Source: Gemmata obscuriglobus
Lineage (GTDB): Bacteria > Planctomycetota > Planctomycetia > Gemmatales > Gemmataceae
Reading direction: 5' to 3'
DNA length: 32,000 bases
Assembly (NCBI RefSeq): GCF_008065095.1
Contig: NZ_CP042911.1
Location: 1,830,001 to 1,862,000, forward strand
Below are positions 30,042 through 32,000 of the stretch, one piece after another (within the stretch, counting starts at the first letter, position 1; each line of letters starts with the position of its first letter). Below the pieces are notes generated by a model that searched no databases, was not told the origin of the DNA, and was given only the letters and a program-made list of their open reading frames with translations. The position numbers and the translations under genes are program-made.

Positions 30042-32000
30042 ATGCGGCTGCGTGCCTGGTTGAAGGTGCTCGCTCAGCGCGGCGGTGTCGGCGCACGTGG
30101 CCGGCGGACGTGGCGCCAGCGCCTACTGGTGGAAGAGTTCGAGTCGCGGGCGCTCCCGTCCGCCAACCCGGCGTACACCGAAGTTACCGGGGCCGCCAAC
30201 CCGTTCAACGGCTTCGACATCGGGACCTATTCCGTCCCAAAACTCGCCGACCTGGACGGCGACGGCGACTTCGACCTCTGTGTCGGGGAGACCAACGGCG
30301 CGTTCTTCTACTTCGAGAACACGGGGACGGCGGGCGCCCCCACGTTCGTTCAGCGGACCGGCGCCGCCAACCCGTTCAACGGCTTCGATGTCGGGAGCTA
30401 CTCCTCGCCCGCGTTCGGCGATCTGGACGGCGACGGCGACTTGGACCTCGTCTCCGGGACCCAACCCGGGACGCTCCTGTACTACGAGAACACGGGCACG
30501 GCCAGTGCCCCCACGTTCGTCCAGCGGACCGGGGGCGCCAACCCGTTCAACGGCTTGGATGTTGGCAACTTCTCGATCCCAGATCTGGGGGACGTGGACG
30601 CCGACGGCGACCTCGACATGGTGTCCGGGGACACCGTCGGCAAGTTACATTACTTCGAAAACACGGGCACGACCAGCGCCCCCGCCTTTGTCGAGCGGAC
30701 CGGCGCCGCCAACCCGCTCAACGGCTTCGATGTCGGTGCCGCCGGCTCCACCCCGGCGTTGGGGGACGTGGACGCCGACGGGGATCTCGACCTCATCTCC
30801 GGGGAGAGCAGCGGAGTTCAGTTCTACTTCAGGAACACGGGTACGACCAGCAGCCCCGCGTTCGCGCAGCAGACCGGGGCCAACAACCCATTCAACGGCT
30901 TCGACGTCGGCAGCTTCTCCGCGCCGGCGTTCGGCGATCTGAACGGGGACGGTGCCCTCGATCTCGTCTCCGGGAATTCGTTCGGCTCACTGAATTACTA
31001 CCAGTCCGCCCCCGGCCTCGCGACGAGTGCCTCCTCGCTGAACCTGGGGACAACGACCGCGGGCACGGCGGGCATGCCCCAGACCTTCACTGTGAGCGGT
31101 ATCGCACTGAGCGCCAACATCGTCGTGGCGGCCCCCACCGGCGTGGAACTCTCCACCGACGGAACCACCTGGACTACCTCGGTGATGCTGACACCGACCG
31201 GCGGCAAGGTCGCTAACACCCTCATCTCGGCCCGGATCACCGCCGGTGCTTCGGTGGGCGCGGTCAGTGGTAACATCACCGTGAGCAGTACGAACGCGAC
31301 TACGCAGAACGTGGCCGTCACCGGGACGGTCAACGCGGCCGACTCCACTGCACCCACGGCCACGGTGACGACGCCGGCCCCTTCGATTACCGCGGCCACC
31401 GGCGGCACCAGCACCGTCACCATCACCGTGACATATGCCGACGCCGGCTCCGAGGTCAATACCAGCACCTTCGGCACCGACGACATTACGGTCACCAACG
31501 GGGCCACCGTGACTGGGTTCTTGGCGGCGGGTAACGTGGTCACGTACACCATCACCGCCCCCGCGGCCACCTGGGCCGCCAGCACACAGGGCACCTACAC
31601 CATCGCGCTGGTCGCCGGCGCGGTGACCGACCTGGCCGGCAACCCGGTGGCCGCGAACCCGTCACTCGGCACCTTCGCCGTCGATACCACCGTCCCGACC
31701 GCGGCGGTAACGACGCCGGCCCCGGCCATCACCGCGGCCTCCGGCGGTACCAGCACCGTCGCCATTACCGTAACCTACGCCGACACCGGCTCCGGGGTCG
31801 ACACCAGCACCTTCGGCACCGACGACATTACGGTCACCAACGGGGCTACCGTCACCGGGTTCTTGGCGGCGGGCAACGTGGTCACGTATACGATCACCGC
31901 CCCCGCCGCTACGTGGTCCGCCAGCGCCCAGGGGACGTACACGATTGCGCTGGTCGCCGGCGCGGTGACCGACCTGGCCGGTAACCCGGTGGCCGCGAAC
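30042..32000 (+). CDS. Large FG-GAP/VCBS-repeat surface protein with Ig-like tandem repeats, 3'-truncated by the window edge
   Basis: My own translation from ATG 30042 (GAGGAA 6 nt upstream) is open for 653 codons to the window end, so it is absent from the ORF track. MRLRAWLKVLAQRGG...RQRLLVEEFESRALPSA, then 5 x (NPFNGFDVG..SP.FGDLDGDGDLDLVSG....L.Y.ENTGT...P.F), then Thr/Ala/Val-rich beta domains. Confidence 0.9.
   Translation, partial: MRLRAWLKVLAQRGGVGARGRRTWRQRLLVEEFESRALPSANPAYTEVTGAANPFNGFDIGTYSVPKLADLDGDGDFDLCVGETNGAFFYFENTGTAGAPTFVQRTGAANPFNGFDVGSYSSPAFGDLDGDGDLDLVSGTQPGTLLYYENTGTASAPTFVQRTGGANPFNGLDVGNFSIPDLGDVDADGDLDMVSGDTVGKLHYFENTGTTSAPAFVERTGAANPLNGFDVGAAGSTPALGDVDADGDLDLISGESSGVQFYFRNTGTTSSPAFAQQTGANNPFNGFDVGSFSAPAFGDLNGDGALDLVSGNSFGSLNYYQSAPGLATSASSLNLGTTTAGTAGMPQTFTVSGIALSANIVVAAPTGVELSTDGTTWTTSVMLTPTGGKVANTLISARITAGASVGAVSGNITVSSTNATTQNVAVTGTVNAADSTAPTATVTTPAPSITAATGGTSTVTITVTYADAGSEVNTSTFGTDDITVTNGATVTGFLAAGNVVTYTITAPAATWAASTQGTYTIALVAGAVTDLAGNPVAANPSLGTFAVDTTVPTAAVTTPAPAITAASGGTSTVAITVTYADTGSGVDTSTFGTDDITVTNGATVTGFLAAGNVVTYTITAPAATWSASAQGTYTIALVAGAVTDLAGNPVAAN
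30195..31049 (+). repeat. Five in-frame 171-nt (57-aa) FG-GAP repeats
   Basis: GCCAAC(C/A)C(G/A)(T/C)TCAACGGC recurs at 30195, 30366, 30537, 30708 and 30879, exactly 171 nt apart. Confidence 0.85.
31365..32000 (+). repeat. 342-nt (114-aa) tandem repeat, at least 1.86 copies, running off the window
   Basis: 31365-31706 versus 31707-32000. My hand alignment gives about 33 mismatches in 294 nt (roughly 89 percent identity), no indels, mostly third-position differences. Confidence 0.9.

Noticed and set aside
28986-31594. ORFs 28986-29915(-), 29156-31216(+) (686 aa), 30085-30942(+) and 30998-31594(-)
   Set aside because: Wrong-frame or antisense ORFs over TIGR03032 and the FG-GAP gene. Their translations are Arg- or Ser/Pro/Thr-rich with no motifs, while the chosen frames give near-invariant TIGR03032 motifs and regular FG-GAP repeats.
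30195-32000. CRISPR-like regular repeats
   Set aside because: The periodic repeats (171 nt and 342 nt) are in frame, contiguous without spacers, and encode FG-GAP and Ig-like protein repeats. No CRISPR array or cas gene is present.

Overview
High-GC (roughly two-thirds G+C by eye) bacterial chromosomal segment. Gene content points to Planctomycetota, probably Gemmataceae-like: a DUF1559/prepilin-type protein, ECF sigma factors fused to a membrane anchor, eukaryotic-like Ser/Thr kinases, caspase-like peptidases, a TIGR03032 protein, and an FG-GAP surface protein with the N-terminal 'LxVExxExRxxPS' motif. I support about 25 CDS, several intrinsic terminators and long intergenic hairpins. I found no rRNA, tRNA, CRISPR array, transposase or integrase. 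All domain calls come from motif recognition by eye, with no searches run.

Main observations:
1. A tandem set of three paralogous modules at 1048-5515. Two are ECF sigma factors fused through one TM helix to SurA/parvulin-like periplasmic domains. Between them sits a sigma-less copy.
2. A 15-nt element, CTCACGGA(A/G)GAGGTC, followed by an ATG. It is conserved at the nucleotide level in all three copies but sits in a different reading frame in the sigma-less copy. This suggests an internal ribosome-binding site and start, or a duplication scar.
3. A PDZ/S41 (Ctp-like) protease whose N-terminal caspase-like domain has lost both catalytic residues (15554-18169). An intact caspase-like gene lies at the window start.
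4. A 120-nt near-perfect hairpin element in a ~700-bp AT-rich gap (20065-20184). One arm recurs as an exact 15-mer 5.4 kb away (25559-25573).
5. Unusual low-complexity long hairpins in intergenic spacers: pure GT/AC arms at 11863-11979 and an AG/CT-rich one at 8093-8171.
6. A long open-ended ORF missing from the supplied ORF track (30042-32000). It encodes an FG-GAP adhesin with 171-nt and 342-nt tandem repeats.

Most other long ORFs in the track are shadow or out-of-frame ORFs typical of high-GC DNA.
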